Positions 1 through 9,669 are shown, numbered from the stretch's first letter. The stretch: 64,000 nt of DNA from Candidatus Eremiobacteria bacterium (GCA_963758295.1 CAVWUU010000003.1:232724-296723); one strand, 5' to 3'. A program made the numbers and translations. Notes: generated from the letters alone by a model not told the origin.

Positions 1-438
1 CACTTCGACCAGTTGCGAATGACCGCCGGAAACGAGCAGTGCGAGAAACGGAAACGGCGGTGCCTCTTTGCGGTCCAAGAAGGCGGCGAAGATGTGTCCG
101 TGAAGATGATTCACGGCGTAAAGCGGTTTCTCGAGTGCGAAAGCGAGCGCTTTAGCTGCAGCTACGCCCACAACCAGGCTTCCGATCAACCCCGGTCCGC
201 GGGTAACGGCGATGCCGTCGAGGTCTTGGAATGGCGTTCGCGCGCGCTCTAACGCGTCTTCCACCGCAGCAGAAAGCAACGCGACGTGTTGCCGGCTGGC
301 GATTTCGGGAACGATGCCGCCGTACTTGGCGTGAAACGTGTCTTGATTGGTCGATACGCTGGCAAGGACTTCACGTCCGTCGCGAACCACGGCCGTCGCC
401 GTATCGTCGCACGACGTTTCTATTCCAAGCAGAAGCAT
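1..438 (-). CDS. tsaD: tRNA threonylcarbamoyltransferase subunit TsaD (5' part; truncated by window edge)
   Basis: Manual translation: MLLLGIETSCDDT...HAKYGGIVPEIASRQH...GPGLIGSL...VNHLHGH...LLVSGGHSQL; not in ORF track. Confidence 0.95.
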   Translation of the reverse strand, partial: MLLLGIETSCDDTATAVVRDGREVLASVSTNQDTFHAKYGGIVPEIASRQHVALLSAAVEDALERARTPFQDLDGIAVTRGPGLIGSLVVGVAAAKALAFALEKPLYAVNHLHGHIFAAFLDRKEAPPFPFLALLVSGGHSQLVEV

Positions 439-475
439 TGCCGTTCTTATGGCGTTGCGGGGTTGGGAACCCTGC

Positions 476-862
476 TTAGGTGCGCGCGCTTTCCGCGCCG
501 AGGCGCCATAAGCAAAGCAACAAGGCGACGAGCCCCGCAGCCGCGACAAACGGTGACCAGAGCAGGCCGGTAAGCATGAAAACGCAGCTCAGTGCCACTA
601 AGATCGGCCAGGCGCTTTCGATAGTGAAGATGCCGAGATCTTCGCCGGCTGCCGCGGGCGCAAGCATATCTTGGCGATCGCCGTCCAAATTCGCGTTTCT
701 TTCCGCGATCACGGCGTAGCCGGCCGTGAACGTGAGAGCTGCCGTCATGATGCCGAGGAGCATCGTTCCCGTCGCTTCTTCGTGCGCGACGAACCAGTAA
801 GCCACCCCTATCACGACGCCGAAAATCGCCGAGCTGATAAAAAGCTGAACGAAGGTCTTCAT
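476..862 (-). CDS. ctaF: Cytochrome c oxidase subunit IV, actinobacterial CtaF type
   Basis: Small 4-TM protein with GEDLGIF..SAWP motif; ATGA overlap with ctaD stop. Confidence 0.8.
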   Translation of the reverse strand: MKTFVQLFISSAIFGVVIGVAYWFVAHEEATGTMLLGIMTAALTFTAGYAVIAERNANLDGDRQDMLAPAAAGEDLGIFTIESAWPILVALSCVFMLTGLLWSPFVAAAGLVALLLCLWRLGAESART

Positions 863-2430
863 GCCTTCGCGCCGTGCTTCATGTCCCACACGGGCCGTTC
901 GCTTCGAATCGGCGGAATGGATGTGAAGTTAAATTCCGGCGGCGGTGACGACGTAGCCCATTCGAGCGTGTAAGCATCCCAAGGGTTGGCGGAAACCGCT
1001 TCGTTCTTCCATGCCGAGAGCCAAACGTTTATGAAGAACAGCGCGACGCCGAACGCCATGATCAACGCGCCTATGCTGGCCACGGCGTTCAGCGCCGGCA
1101 AGTGCTCGTAGGCGGGATACGTGTAAACACGGCGCGCCATGCCTTCCATGCCCATGAACGCCATGGGGAAGAACGTCGTATTGAAACCTATGAAGAGCAG
1201 CGCAAAGCACCACTTGCCGAGCCGCTCGTTCAACTGCACGCCGAAGATCTTTGGGAACCAGAAGAAGAGCGCCGCAAAGATCGCAAATAGACTTCCGCCG
1301 CCGATCGTGTAGTGGAAATGATGCACGATGAAGTAACTGTCATGCGCTTGATAATCGATCGGCGGTGAAGCAACCATTACGCCGGTGATGCCGCCGACGA
1401 GAAAATTTAACATGAAGCCGATCGCAAACCACATTGCGGTGGTGAGCCGGATCGAGCCCTTCCACATGGTGCCGATCCAATTGAAGAACTTGATGCCGGT
1501 CGGAACGGCAATGAGAAACGACACGGCGGAGAAAAACGGATTGCTTACGGCACCGGTCGTGAACATGTGATGCGCCCAAACGCCGATCGAAAGCCCGGCG
1601 ATCGCAAAGGCGGAAAGGACCAGTCCTAGATAACCGAACACGGGCTTTCCGGAGAACGTCGCGACGACTTCGGTGATGACTCCGAAATACGGCAGGATCA
1701 TGACGTAGACTTCCGGATGCCCGAAGAACCAGAACAGATGCTGGTAGAGGATCGGATTGCCGCCGAATGCCGGATCGAAGAAGTGTCCGCCGAGATGCCG
1801 GTCGATCAGGACCATCGCGAACACGCACGCGAGCGATGGAAAAGCCATCAAAATCAAGACGGCCGTCGCCACGATTTCCCAGGTGAAGATCGGCAAACGC
1901 CACATCGTCATGCCGGGTGCACGGAAGAGAAAGACCGTTACCATCAGGTTGATCGCCGTGAGAATTGTCGAGATGCTCGCAAGCAGCAGCCCGATAAACC
2001 ACAAATCTTGACCGGCGCCGGTCCCTTCGGCGATTTCCGATAGCGGAGCGTAAGAGGTCCATCCGGTCGCAGCCGCGCCCCCATAGGCCGCGAGACCGCA
2101 GAAAACCGTAATGCCTCCGATAATGAAAAGCCACAGCGACGTCGCGTTCAAACGCGGGAACGCCATGTCCGGAGCGCCGATCTGCAGCGGCACGAGAAAG
2201 TTCGCCAAGCCAAGTCCGAACGGCGCGACCACAAAGAAGATCATGGCCGTGCCGTGCAGCGTGAAGATTTGATTGTAGAGATGCGGCGGAATCGCCGTGT
2301 TGTCAGGACGTGCGAGCTGCCAGCGAATCATCATCGATAGAATCCCGGCAATAACGAAAAACGTCATCGTCGAGACGATGTATAAAATCCCGATCTTCTT
2401 GTGATCGGTCGCGGTGAGCCAAGCAATCAC
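859..2430 (-). CDS. ctaD: Cytochrome c oxidase subunit I (A1 type)
   Basis: TDHKKIG, PDMAFPRLN, WFFGHPEVY, VWAHH, PTGIK, HFH motifs; GTG start overlapping ctaC stop. Confidence 0.97.
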   Translation of the reverse strand: MIAWLTATDHKKIGILYIVSTMTFFVIAGILSMMIRWQLARPDNTAIPPHLYNQIFTLHGTAMIFFVVAPFGLGLANFLVPLQIGAPDMAFPRLNATSLWLFIIGGITVFCGLAAYGGAAATGWTSYAPLSEIAEGTGAGQDLWFIGLLLASISTILTAINLMVTVFLFRAPGMTMWRLPIFTWEIVATAVLILMAFPSLACVFAMVLIDRHLGGHFFDPAFGGNPILYQHLFWFFGHPEVYVMILPYFGVITEVVATFSGKPVFGYLGLVLSAFAIAGLSIGVWAHHMFTTGAVSNPFFSAVSFLIAVPTGIKFFNWIGTMWKGSIRLTTAMWFAIGFMLNFLVGGITGVMVASPPIDYQAHDSYFIVHHFHYTIGGGSLFAIFAALFFWFPKIFGVQLNERLGKWCFALLFIGFNTTFFPMAFMGMEGMARRVYTYPAYEHLPALNAVASIGALIMAFGVALFFINVWLSAWKNEAVSANPWDAYTLEWATSSPPPEFNFTSIPPIRSERPVWDMKHGAKA

Positions 2431-3083
2431 GGCGTCACGGCTCCGTTCGAAGCGATGTAACGGTCGAACGCTTTGCCGGGAACCACCTTGACCTCGAAAG
2501 ACATTAGCGCATGATCCAATCCGCAGAATTGCGCGCAACGGGAAACAAACGTTCCCAGCCGGTTCGGAGTGAGATCGAAGCGATTGATCATCCCCGGAAT
2601 GGCGTCGCGTTTGAAGAGGAAGTCGGGAATCCAGAACGAGTGATTGACGTCCGCCGTGCGAAGCGCGATTTCGGTGGTGCGGCCGAGGGGCAAATAAAGG
2701 GTCGGCGGGTGCAACGGCTGACCGGCGACGCGAATACTTGATCCGGGGTACTCGAACTCCCAGGACCAGCGAAAAGCGGTCACATCGACAATTGATTGCG
2801 GGTGGGCCGAAACCGCGTCGACCGATAGCTCATGCGTGTACGTATAGACAAACAGGCCGATAACGATGAGCAACGGGATGATGACGGATATGATTTCAAG
2901 GGGTGGATTGCCGTTGAAATTTGCCGCTTCGCGTCCGGCTTTTTGCCGCCATAGCACAAGCGGAAGGAGGATCAAGACGTATACAATCAGTGCGACGACC
3001 GCTGCGGCCGCGATAAAAACGTACCAATCATCGCGCATCGTCAGGCCCTGGGCGGACGCCGGATGAAGCAACAAGTGCATCAT
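2427..3083 (-). CDS. ctaC: Cytochrome c oxidase subunit II
   Basis: Two TM helices, RWSWEFEY, DVNHSFWIP, CuA motif CAQFCGLDHALM. Confidence 0.95.
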   Translation of the reverse strand: MMHLLLHPASAQGLTMRDDWYVFIAAAAVVALIVYVLILLPLVLWRQKAGREAANFNGNPPLEIISVIIPLLIVIGLFVYTYTHELSVDAVSAHPQSIVDVTAFRWSWEFEYPGSSIRVAGQPLHPPTLYLPLGRTTEIALRTADVNHSFWIPDFLFKRDAIPGMINRFDLTPNRLGTFVSRCAQFCGLDHALMSFEVKVVPGKAFDRYIASNGAVTP

Positions 3084-3138
3084 CTGCTCCCTTACCCACA
3101 GGACGAGTAAAAAACGCGCGTCTCGGGTACCTACGAAC

Positions 3139-3732
3139 GTGTCCAGCAGCGTAAGGAATGACGTTCGTCACCGGTTAGCTCCGCTGCCGGTTCGGGCGCA
3201 TCCGCTCGTCCTCGGAGTCGTCCTGTTTTTAGCGTCGGAACTGATGTTCTTTGCGGCGCTCTTCGCTTCGTATTTCAGTCTTCGTGCTAACAGAACGGCG
3301 TGGCCGCCGCCCGGCGTTCACCTCGATCCCATTGAAGCAAGCTTTGGAACCTTGTTGTTACTTTTATCGAGCGTTGTCATGGTGCTTACAACGCGCGCAA
3401 TGGACCGGGGACGCGTGCAAGCCGCTCGTTGGTGGACCGCGACCGCAATACTTTGCGCAGTTGCTTTTGTGGCAGTTTCGCTGCACGGCTATTTCAAGAA
3501 TTCCTTTACGATCGCGACGAATGCCTATGGTTCGATCTATTACGCGATGACCGGATTTCATTTATTGCACGTGACGGCGGGGATCGGGTTGTTGCTTGCG
3601 CTCCTCGTAGGCTTGCAAAGTCCGGCGTTGCGCGTGAACCATCGTGCCGGTGCCGAAGCAATGACGTACTACTGGCATTTCGTCTTCATTGTATGGGTCG
3701 GCATCTGGGGAACGATTTACTTTATCCGATGA
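3139..3732 (+). CDS. ctaE: Cytochrome c oxidase subunit III
   Basis: FLASELMFF, TGFHLLHV, YYWHFV motifs. Confidence 0.95.
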   Translation: MSSSVRNDVRHRLAPLPVRAHPLVLGVVLFLASELMFFAALFASYFSLRANRTAWPPPGVHLDPIEASFGTLLLLLSSVVMVLTTRAMDRGRVQAARWWTATAILCAVAFVAVSLHGYFKNSFTIATNAYGSIYYAMTGFHLLHVTAGIGLLLALLVGLQSPALRVNHRAGAEAMTYYWHFVFIVWVGIWGTIYFIR

Positions 3733-4538
3733 CTGCGAAAGACCGATGGATCGCCGCATCTTTGATCGCCGCTATCGCCGGGAGCGTGCTGTTTATCGTC
3801 GCTTACGCGACGGGCGGAGATCGTTTGTACGAAGGGCTCGCTCTTGCGTTCGCTTCGGCCGGTTTCGCGGCTGCGGCGGCCGGCTGGGCATTTTGGATTT
3901 TGCCGCCGGAAGAAGTGGTGGACCAACGAAGCAACTATCCGTCGCCGCCGGCCGATCGTTTCGCCCAAAGCGGCGAAATTGCGACCGCCGAGCGGGAAAT
4001 TACACGCCGCCGGGTCTTAACGCGCTTGCTCTACGCGGCGCTCGGCGCGTTCGGCTTAGCGTTGATCGTGCCGATCCGTTCGCTCGGCAACGGCCCGGGC
4101 AACACCCTGTTTCACACCAAGTGGCGCCGCGGTTTACGCCTTACACGGGAAGACGGCCGGTTTATCCACGTAAGCGAACTCAACGTCGATTCCGTAGTAA
4201 CCGTCTTTCCGCAAAACGCGGTTCAAGACTCGCAGTCGCAGACGCTTTTGATTCGCTTGCCCGAATCGATCGAAGGCACCGCACAAGGCTATATTGCCTA
4301 CTCAAAAATCTGCACGCACGCCGGCTGTCCCGTCGCGCTTTATCGCGCGAGCGCCAAAGAACTGATGTGTCCGTGCCATCAGTCGATTTTCAACGTAACG
4401 GGAGACGGCGCGGTCGTTTCCGGACCGGCAGATCATGCCTTGCCGCGACTCCCGATCGAGGTCGACGGCGACGGCTATATCGTCGCGAGCGGAGATTTTC
4501 CGGAACCGGTCGGACCCGGATTTTGGGAGCGCGGATAA
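3729..4538 (+). CDS. qcrA: Rieske Fe-S subunit of cytochrome bcc complex
   Basis: CTHAGC and CPCHQS boxes; three hydrophobic segments with internal TRRR Tat-like motif; ATGA overlap with ctaE. Confidence 0.93.
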   Translation: MTAKDRWIAASLIAAIAGSVLFIVAYATGGDRLYEGLALAFASAGFAAAAAGWAFWILPPEEVVDQRSNYPSPPADRFAQSGEIATAEREITRRRVLTRLLYAALGAFGLALIVPIRSLGNGPGNTLFHTKWRRGLRLTREDGRFIHVSELNVDSVVTVFPQNAVQDSQSQTLLIRLPESIEGTAQGYIAYSKICTHAGCPVALYRASAKELMCPCHQSIFNVTGDGAVVSGPADHALPRLPIEVDGDGYIVASGDFPEPVGPGFWERG

Positions 4539-5902
4539 TGGTCGAGCGATTCTTCTTGTGGATCGACGATCGCTTAGGAACCGCGCATTTTGTGCGAAAG
4601 GCCTTGCGCAAAGCCTTTCCCGACCATTGGTCGTTCATGCTCGGCGAGATCAACGTCTACTGCTTTCTCGTCCTCGTCGCCACCGGAACCTTTCTGGCGC
4701 TTTTTTTTAATGACTCCTCTTCCAACGTAACCTACAACGGCCCGTACTTGCTGCTCGACGGCGTGAAGATGTCGGAGGCATTTGCTTCGACGATGCGCTT
4801 GAGCTTCGAAGTTAACGCCGGTTTGCTGATCCGTCAGGTGCACCATTGGGCGGCCTTGGTGTTTGTGGCCGGAATCATTACGCACATGGCGCGGATCTTT
4901 TTCACCGGCGCCTTTCGTAAGCCGCGCGAGATCAACTGGGTGATCGGCGTGGCCTTGTTTGTCCTTGCGATGGGTGCAGGCTTCACCGGCTATTCCTTGC
5001 CGGACGATCTGCTGAGCGGAACGGGGTTACGAATTGCCGATTCGGTGATGTTATCCATTCCGTTCGTCGGGACGTGGGCGTCTTTCTTGTTGCTCGGGGG
5101 AGCGTTTCCGACGGAGCAGATGATCTCGCGGCTCTTCGTCACGCATGTGTATCTGCTCCCCGCTGCGATAGCGACGTTGATCGGGTTGCACGTTTCAATT
5201 CTTTGGCGGCAGAAACACACGCAGTTTCCGGGGCCGGGAAAAACCGAAACAAACGTCGTTGGATCGCCCCTGTTTCCAAAGTATGCGGCGAAGTCGCTCG
5301 CGTTGATGGCGGCCACCGTTGCAGTACTTTTAGCGCTTGGGGCGCTCGTGCAAATCAATCCGATCTGGCTTTACGGTCCGTACGAGCCGTGGCAAGTGCT
5401 GAGTCCGGCACAGCCGGACTGGTACGTCGGCTGGCTCGACGGTGCGCTACGGTTAGGACCGCCCGTCGCAATGCATCTTTTCGGCCACACGATTCCGTCG
5501 CCGTTTTGGGTCGGGGCGTTGCTGCCGGGCATCCTCTTCGCATTGTTGCTGTGCTGGCCGTGGATCGAAGGGGCGTTCGGCCGCGACCGGCGCGATCATA
5601 ATCTCCTGGATCGGCCGCGAGATAACCCCCTGCGCACCGCTATCGGCGTCGCGCTCTTTCTTTTTGCGCTCGGTCTCACCTTAGCCGGAAGCGGCGACGT
5701 TCAGGCCCGGTACGTTCACGAGTCGATCACGACGATCACGCAGATTTACCGCTTGTTCTGCATCCTGGCGCCGATCGCGGGATTTATTTTGACGTACGCG
5801 TTTGCAAACGAACTGCGGGCGCGAAGCGGCGTGCAAAAGGCCCCGCGCGTGAGGCTGCGGCGAAACGCTGAAGGCGGCTTCGAAGAGGAACCACTCGCAT
5901 GA
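4538..5902 (+). CDS. qcrB: Cytochrome b subunit of bcc complex
   Basis: FPDHWSFMLGE, RQVHHWAA, FFTGAFRKPREINW, QPDWY; TAATG coupling to qcrA. Confidence 0.95.
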   Translation: MVERFFLWIDDRLGTAHFVRKALRKAFPDHWSFMLGEINVYCFLVLVATGTFLALFFNDSSSNVTYNGPYLLLDGVKMSEAFASTMRLSFEVNAGLLIRQVHHWAALVFVAGIITHMARIFFTGAFRKPREINWVIGVALFVLAMGAGFTGYSLPDDLLSGTGLRIADSVMLSIPFVGTWASFLLLGGAFPTEQMISRLFVTHVYLLPAAIATLIGLHVSILWRQKHTQFPGPGKTETNVVGSPLFPKYAAKSLALMAATVAVLLALGALVQINPIWLYGPYEPWQVLSPAQPDWYVGWLDGALRLGPPVAMHLFGHTIPSPFWVGALLPGILFALLLCWPWIEGAFGRDRRDHNLLDRPRDNPLRTAIGVALFLFALGLTLAGSGDVQARYVHESITTITQIYRLFCILAPIAGFILTYAFANELRARSGVQKAPRVRLRRNAEGGFEEEPLA

Positions 5903-6600
5903 GAACGCGGTATCGAAACGTCCTCTGCGCCGTGCTTGCTGCGGCTATCGCGGCGGCGGTCTTGACGCCGTCGTTCGATGCGTTGTGCGACCGTTCTTTC
6001 GCGTGGCACATGACGCAGCACCTCGTCTTATTCTTCATCGTGCCGTTTCTCGTGCTGCTTGCCGATCCGTTCCACGCCGTGTTGGCTATTGCGGGAAAGC
6101 GGCGCACCGCCGCACTCGTCCGTTTCACGGAACCACTGCGTGCCTTGGCATCGCCGCCCGTAGCGCTCGTGCTGTTCGTCGGGGCGTTGTGGTCCGTGCA
6201 TTTTTCGCCTTTGTACGAAGCCTCGCTCGAAAATGAATGGGTGCACGTTCTCGAGCATATAGCGTTCGTAATGGCCGGAACGATTTTTTGGCTTCCGGTT
6301 CTTGCGCCGCCGCCCGTACGGCCCGTTCCGTTTCCGGTCCGCTTGTTCTACTTGATGATCGCATTGCCGCAAGGAGCTTTGCTTGCGGTGGCAATCGACA
6401 GTGCGCGTGCGCCGTTGTACGAACATTACGCGCGGATCAGCGGCGCCGCGGCTGCGCTGAGCGACCAAAGCAATGCCGCCGCAGTGATGTGGATCGGCGG
6501 CGGAATGATGGTGTTCGCTGCGTTCATCGCGACCGCGGCGGCGTGGGGCGCACGAGAACGGCGGGCATTGAACGGACGCCTCCCTGGAGAACCGGCATGA
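5899..6600 (+). CDS. ctaG: Cytochrome c oxidase assembly protein (caa3 CtaG type)
   Basis: HMTQHL, HVLEH, DQ..AAAVMW motifs in a multi-TM protein. Confidence 0.85.
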   Translation: MRTRYRNVLCAVLAAAIAAAVLTPSFDALCDRSFAWHMTQHLVLFFIVPFLVLLADPFHAVLAIAGKRRTAALVRFTEPLRALASPPVALVLFVGALWSVHFSPLYEASLENEWVHVLEHIAFVMAGTIFWLPVLAPPPVRPVPFPVRLFYLMIALPQGALLAVAIDSARAPLYEHYARISGAAAALSDQSNAAAVMWIGGGMMVFAAFIATAAAWGARERRALNGRLPGEPA

Positions 6601-6653
6601 AGTTGACGCCGATCTTCAAGAGCATCCCGGCTCAGCGCTGCATGCGTTCACGC

Positions 6654-7007
6654 CTATAGCGATTGGACGTAGGCCGCAACGTCACGCACTTCGTTGCGAC
6701 TAAGAACTTTGGGATACAGGTGAGGCATCGGCGGTTGAGGATCTCGAATCCACGAAACGGTCGCGGCATAATCCATGCGCGTGTCTTCGTGGCGAAGCGA
6801 CGGGGCAACAGTTCCGCCTTCGACGCCGGTCGCGCCGTGGCACGTTGCGCAATTGTTCTGATAAACGAGCTTACCGTTTTCCTTATCGCCGTTTATTACT
6901 GCGCCCGGTGTGGCTGCCGTCGTATTCGTTTTCTCGCTTACGGCCGGCGCACATGCCGTCAGTAACGCGGCGATTGCGGCTCCCGCGCATAGAGGCAAGA
7001 TTCGCAT
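6654..7007 (-). CDS. Monoheme c-type cytochrome, probable lipoprotein
   Basis: LTAC lipobox, CATCH heme motif, distal MP. Confidence 0.88.
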   Translation of the reverse strand: MRILPLCAGAAIAALLTACAPAVSEKTNTTAATPGAVINGDKENGKLVYQNNCATCHGATGVEGGTVAPSLRHEDTRMDYAATVSWIRDPQPPMPHLYPKVLSRNEVRDVAAYVQSL

Positions 7008-7056
7008 GCCAATCCTCCCGACGCGTTTTACCCAGAACCGGGTAAAAGCTCAAGTG

Positions 7057-7776
7057 ATGAAGCCGGCGGCGGGCATTCTCTTTGCATGGGCGATTGTCGC
7101 GGCGCCAATCTTCGTTGCGGCGCAACCGCAGAGCGGACGGGCGCTCTACGAGCAAAACTGCGCGTCCTGTCACGGCGAGAAAGGCAAGGGATCGAGCCTT
7201 GCGCCGTCGTTGATTGATGTGCGCGCATCGGATATCCATTTGATGCTTGATACCGGGCGGATGCCGGCCGCCGAGCCCTACGCTAACGAAATCCACACCT
7301 CGCCGCGCTTCTCGCAAGAGGAGATGGGCGTAATCGTCGATTACGTGCAATCGTTCTCGGCTTCTCCCGATCGGTCGCTGCCGGTTCTTGGTGCAGGAAA
7401 CGTAACGCGGGGTCGAGCGCTTTTTGCGGAAAATTGTGCGCACTGTCATGGAGTCACGGGAAATGGCGCGTCCGTCGGGGCGGCCAACGTTGCGCCGTCG
7501 TTAATGCATGCGACGGTGTTTCAAGTTGCCGAAGCAATTCGCGGCGGTCCGGAAAATATGCCGCGATTCGGCCCCGACGTTCTCACTAATCGCGACGTTT
7601 CCGACATTGCCCGCTACGTGAACTACATGCAGACGCAAGCCGAAGTGCCGAAAGGCGAAAATGCAGGCGGCTTCTCACTTGCCCATGTAGGGCCCGTTGC
7701 CGAAGGCTTCATTGCTTGGTTCTTTGGCCTCGGCGCACTGGCACTGTTTGTGCGGCGGATCGGAACAACCACCTAA
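7057..7776 (+). CDS. qcrC: Diheme cytochrome c subunit of bcc complex
   Basis: CASCH and CAHCH; TGRMP; GPVAEG plus C-terminal TM anchor. Confidence 0.9.
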   Translation: MKPAAGILFAWAIVAAPIFVAAQPQSGRALYEQNCASCHGEKGKGSSLAPSLIDVRASDIHLMLDTGRMPAAEPYANEIHTSPRFSQEEMGVIVDYVQSFSASPDRSLPVLGAGNVTRGRALFAENCAHCHGVTGNGASVGAANVAPSLMHATVFQVAEAIRGGPENMPRFGPDVLTNRDVSDIARYVNYMQTQAEVPKGENAGGFSLAHVGPVAEGFIAWFFGLGALALFVRRIGTTT

Positions 7777-7893
7777 CGCACGAGTGTTTGCCGAGAAACA
7801 CTTTTCATTATTAAGAACTGCAACGGGTATAGAGTAACTACCGGAAATTTCGCGATTTTCAGCGGAATCTTTTTTATGCGGGAGCCATTCTAA

Positions 7894-9669
7894 GTGAACA
7901 CAAGCGATTTCCTGATGCAGCGCCTGATCGATTGGGGCGTCACGCGGATCTACGGATATCCCGGCGACGGCATCAACGGCATAATGGGTGCTTTCGACCG
8001 CATCGACGGCAAGATTCAGTTCATTCAAGTGCGGCACGAAGAAATGGCCGCTTTCATGGCATGCGCGCATGCGAAGTTTACGGACGAAGCGGGCGTTTGT
8101 ATGGCCACGTCCGGTCCGGGCGCGATTCATCTGCTCAATGGATTGTACGACGCAAAGATGGATCACGTGCCTGTCGTCGCTATCGTGGGCCAGGCATCCA
8201 CGACCGCGCTTGGCGGGTCGTACCAGCAGGAAGTCGATTTACAACAACTCTTCGAGGACGTCGCAGATTACGTCTACACTGTCGCGAGCCCGATGGCATT
8301 ACGGCACGTCGTCGATCGCGCGTTTCGCGTAGCGCACGGGTATCGGGCCGTAACCGTCGTCATCGTACCGAAAGACATTCAAGAAGAAAAGTATGTCGAT
8401 CCGCCGCACAAGCACAACACGCTTCATTCAAGCGTCGGACTTGCAAAACCGGTGATCGTACCCCAGCGCACCGATCTCGCGGCCGCAGCCGAAATTTTAA
8501 ACGGCGGCGAGCGTGTGGCGATGCTCGTGGGCGCCGGCTGCCTGAATGCAACCGACGAAGTGCTGCAGGTCGCGAACCGGCTGGGCGCCGGAATTGCAAC
8601 GGCGCTTCTTGGAAAGGCCGCCGTTCCAAACGATCTTCCGTACGTAACCGGCACGATCGGCTTGCTCGGAACGGCTCCGAGCTTTGAGATGATGGAGCAC
8701 TGCGACACGCTGTTGATGGTGGGCACCACGTTTCCGTACGCCGAGTTTCTTCCGAAGGAAGGCAAAGCTCGCGGCATTCAAATCGATATCGACCCGAAGA
8801 ATCTCGGATTGCGCTTTCCCACTGAACTGAATCTGGTCGGCGACGCAGGGGCAACATTGCGCGAACTGCTTCCATACTTGGACGACAAGACCGACCGCTC
8901 GTGGCGCAACCGGCTAGAAAAAAGCAAAGAAAAATGGATAAAGTCCGAAGAAGCGCGCGCTCAGGTGACGGCCGACCCGATGAACCCGCAGATGGTGTTC
9001 GTCGAGCTCAACAAGCATTTGCCGGACGACGCTATCTTAACCGGCGATGCAGGAACGGCGACTAATTGGTACGCCCGCAACGTGATGCTGCGCCGCGGGA
9101 TGAAAGGGTCGCTCTCCGGCGGCCTTGCAACCATGGGAAGCGCCGTACCTTACGCTATTGCGGCCAAATTCGCTTTTCCCGACCGTGTGCCGATTGCTTG
9201 TACCGGTGACGGAGCCATGCAGATGAATGGGCTCGCGGAGCTGCTTACAGTCCGCAAGTATATGGATCAATGGGCCGACAAACGCTTGATCTTCATTGTC
9301 TTGAATAACGACGATTTGAATCAGGTGACGTGGGAGATGCGAATCATGAGCGGCGACCCGAAGTTCGACGCGTCCCAAGACCTGCCGAAGTTTTCGTACG
9401 CCCAGTATGCCGACCAAATCGGCCTGATGGGTATACGGGTCGAATCGGTGGACGAACTTGCCGACGCTTGGGAGCGCGCGTTTTCTGCGGACCGGCCGGT
9501 CGTATTCGATGCGCACGTATCTCCAAATATTGCGCAGCTTCCGCCACACATTACATTCGAAGAAGCACATAAGTACTTCTCCGCGCTCGTTAAAGGCGAT
9601 CCTAAAGAAGCCAGTATCATCAAGGAATCCATCAAGAGCGTCGTTGCGGGCGTAATTCCGCACGAATGA
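7894..9669 (+). CDS. Thiamine pyrophosphate-requiring enzyme, pyruvate oxidase/dehydrogenase (PoxB-like)
   Basis: GYPGDG, RHEE, TSGPGAIHLLNGLYDAK, GDG...NN ThDP motif. Confidence 0.9.
   Translation: MNTSDFLMQRLIDWGVTRIYGYPGDGINGIMGAFDRIDGKIQFIQVRHEEMAAFMACAHAKFTDEAGVCMATSGPGAIHLLNGLYDAKMDHVPVVAIVGQASTTALGGSYQQEVDLQQLFEDVADYVYTVASPMALRHVVDRAFRVAHGYRAVTVVIVPKDIQEEKYVDPPHKHNTLHSSVGLAKPVIVPQRTDLAAAAEILNGGERVAMLVGAGCLNATDEVLQVANRLGAGIATALLGKAAVPNDLPYVTGTIGLLGTAPSFEMMEHCDTLLMVGTTFPYAEFLPKEGKARGIQIDIDPKNLGLRFPTELNLVGDAGATLRELLPYLDDKTDRSWRNRLEKSKEKWIKSEEARAQVTADPMNPQMVFVELNKHLPDDAILTGDAGTATNWYARNVMLRRGMKGSLSGGLATMGSAVPYAIAAKFAFPDRVPIACTGDGAMQMNGLAELLTVRKYMDQWADKRLIFIVLNNDDLNQVTWEMRIMSGDPKFDASQDLPKFSYAQYADQIGLMGIRVESVDELADAWERAFSADRPVVFDAHVSPNIAQLPPHITFEEAHKYFSALVKGDPKEASIIKESIKSVVAGVIPHE

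Noticed and set aside
3429..4537. Long N-terminal extensions of qcrA and qcrB in the ORF track (369 and 737 aa)
   Set aside because: They overlap upstream genes; coupled starts at 3729 and 4538 fit the families
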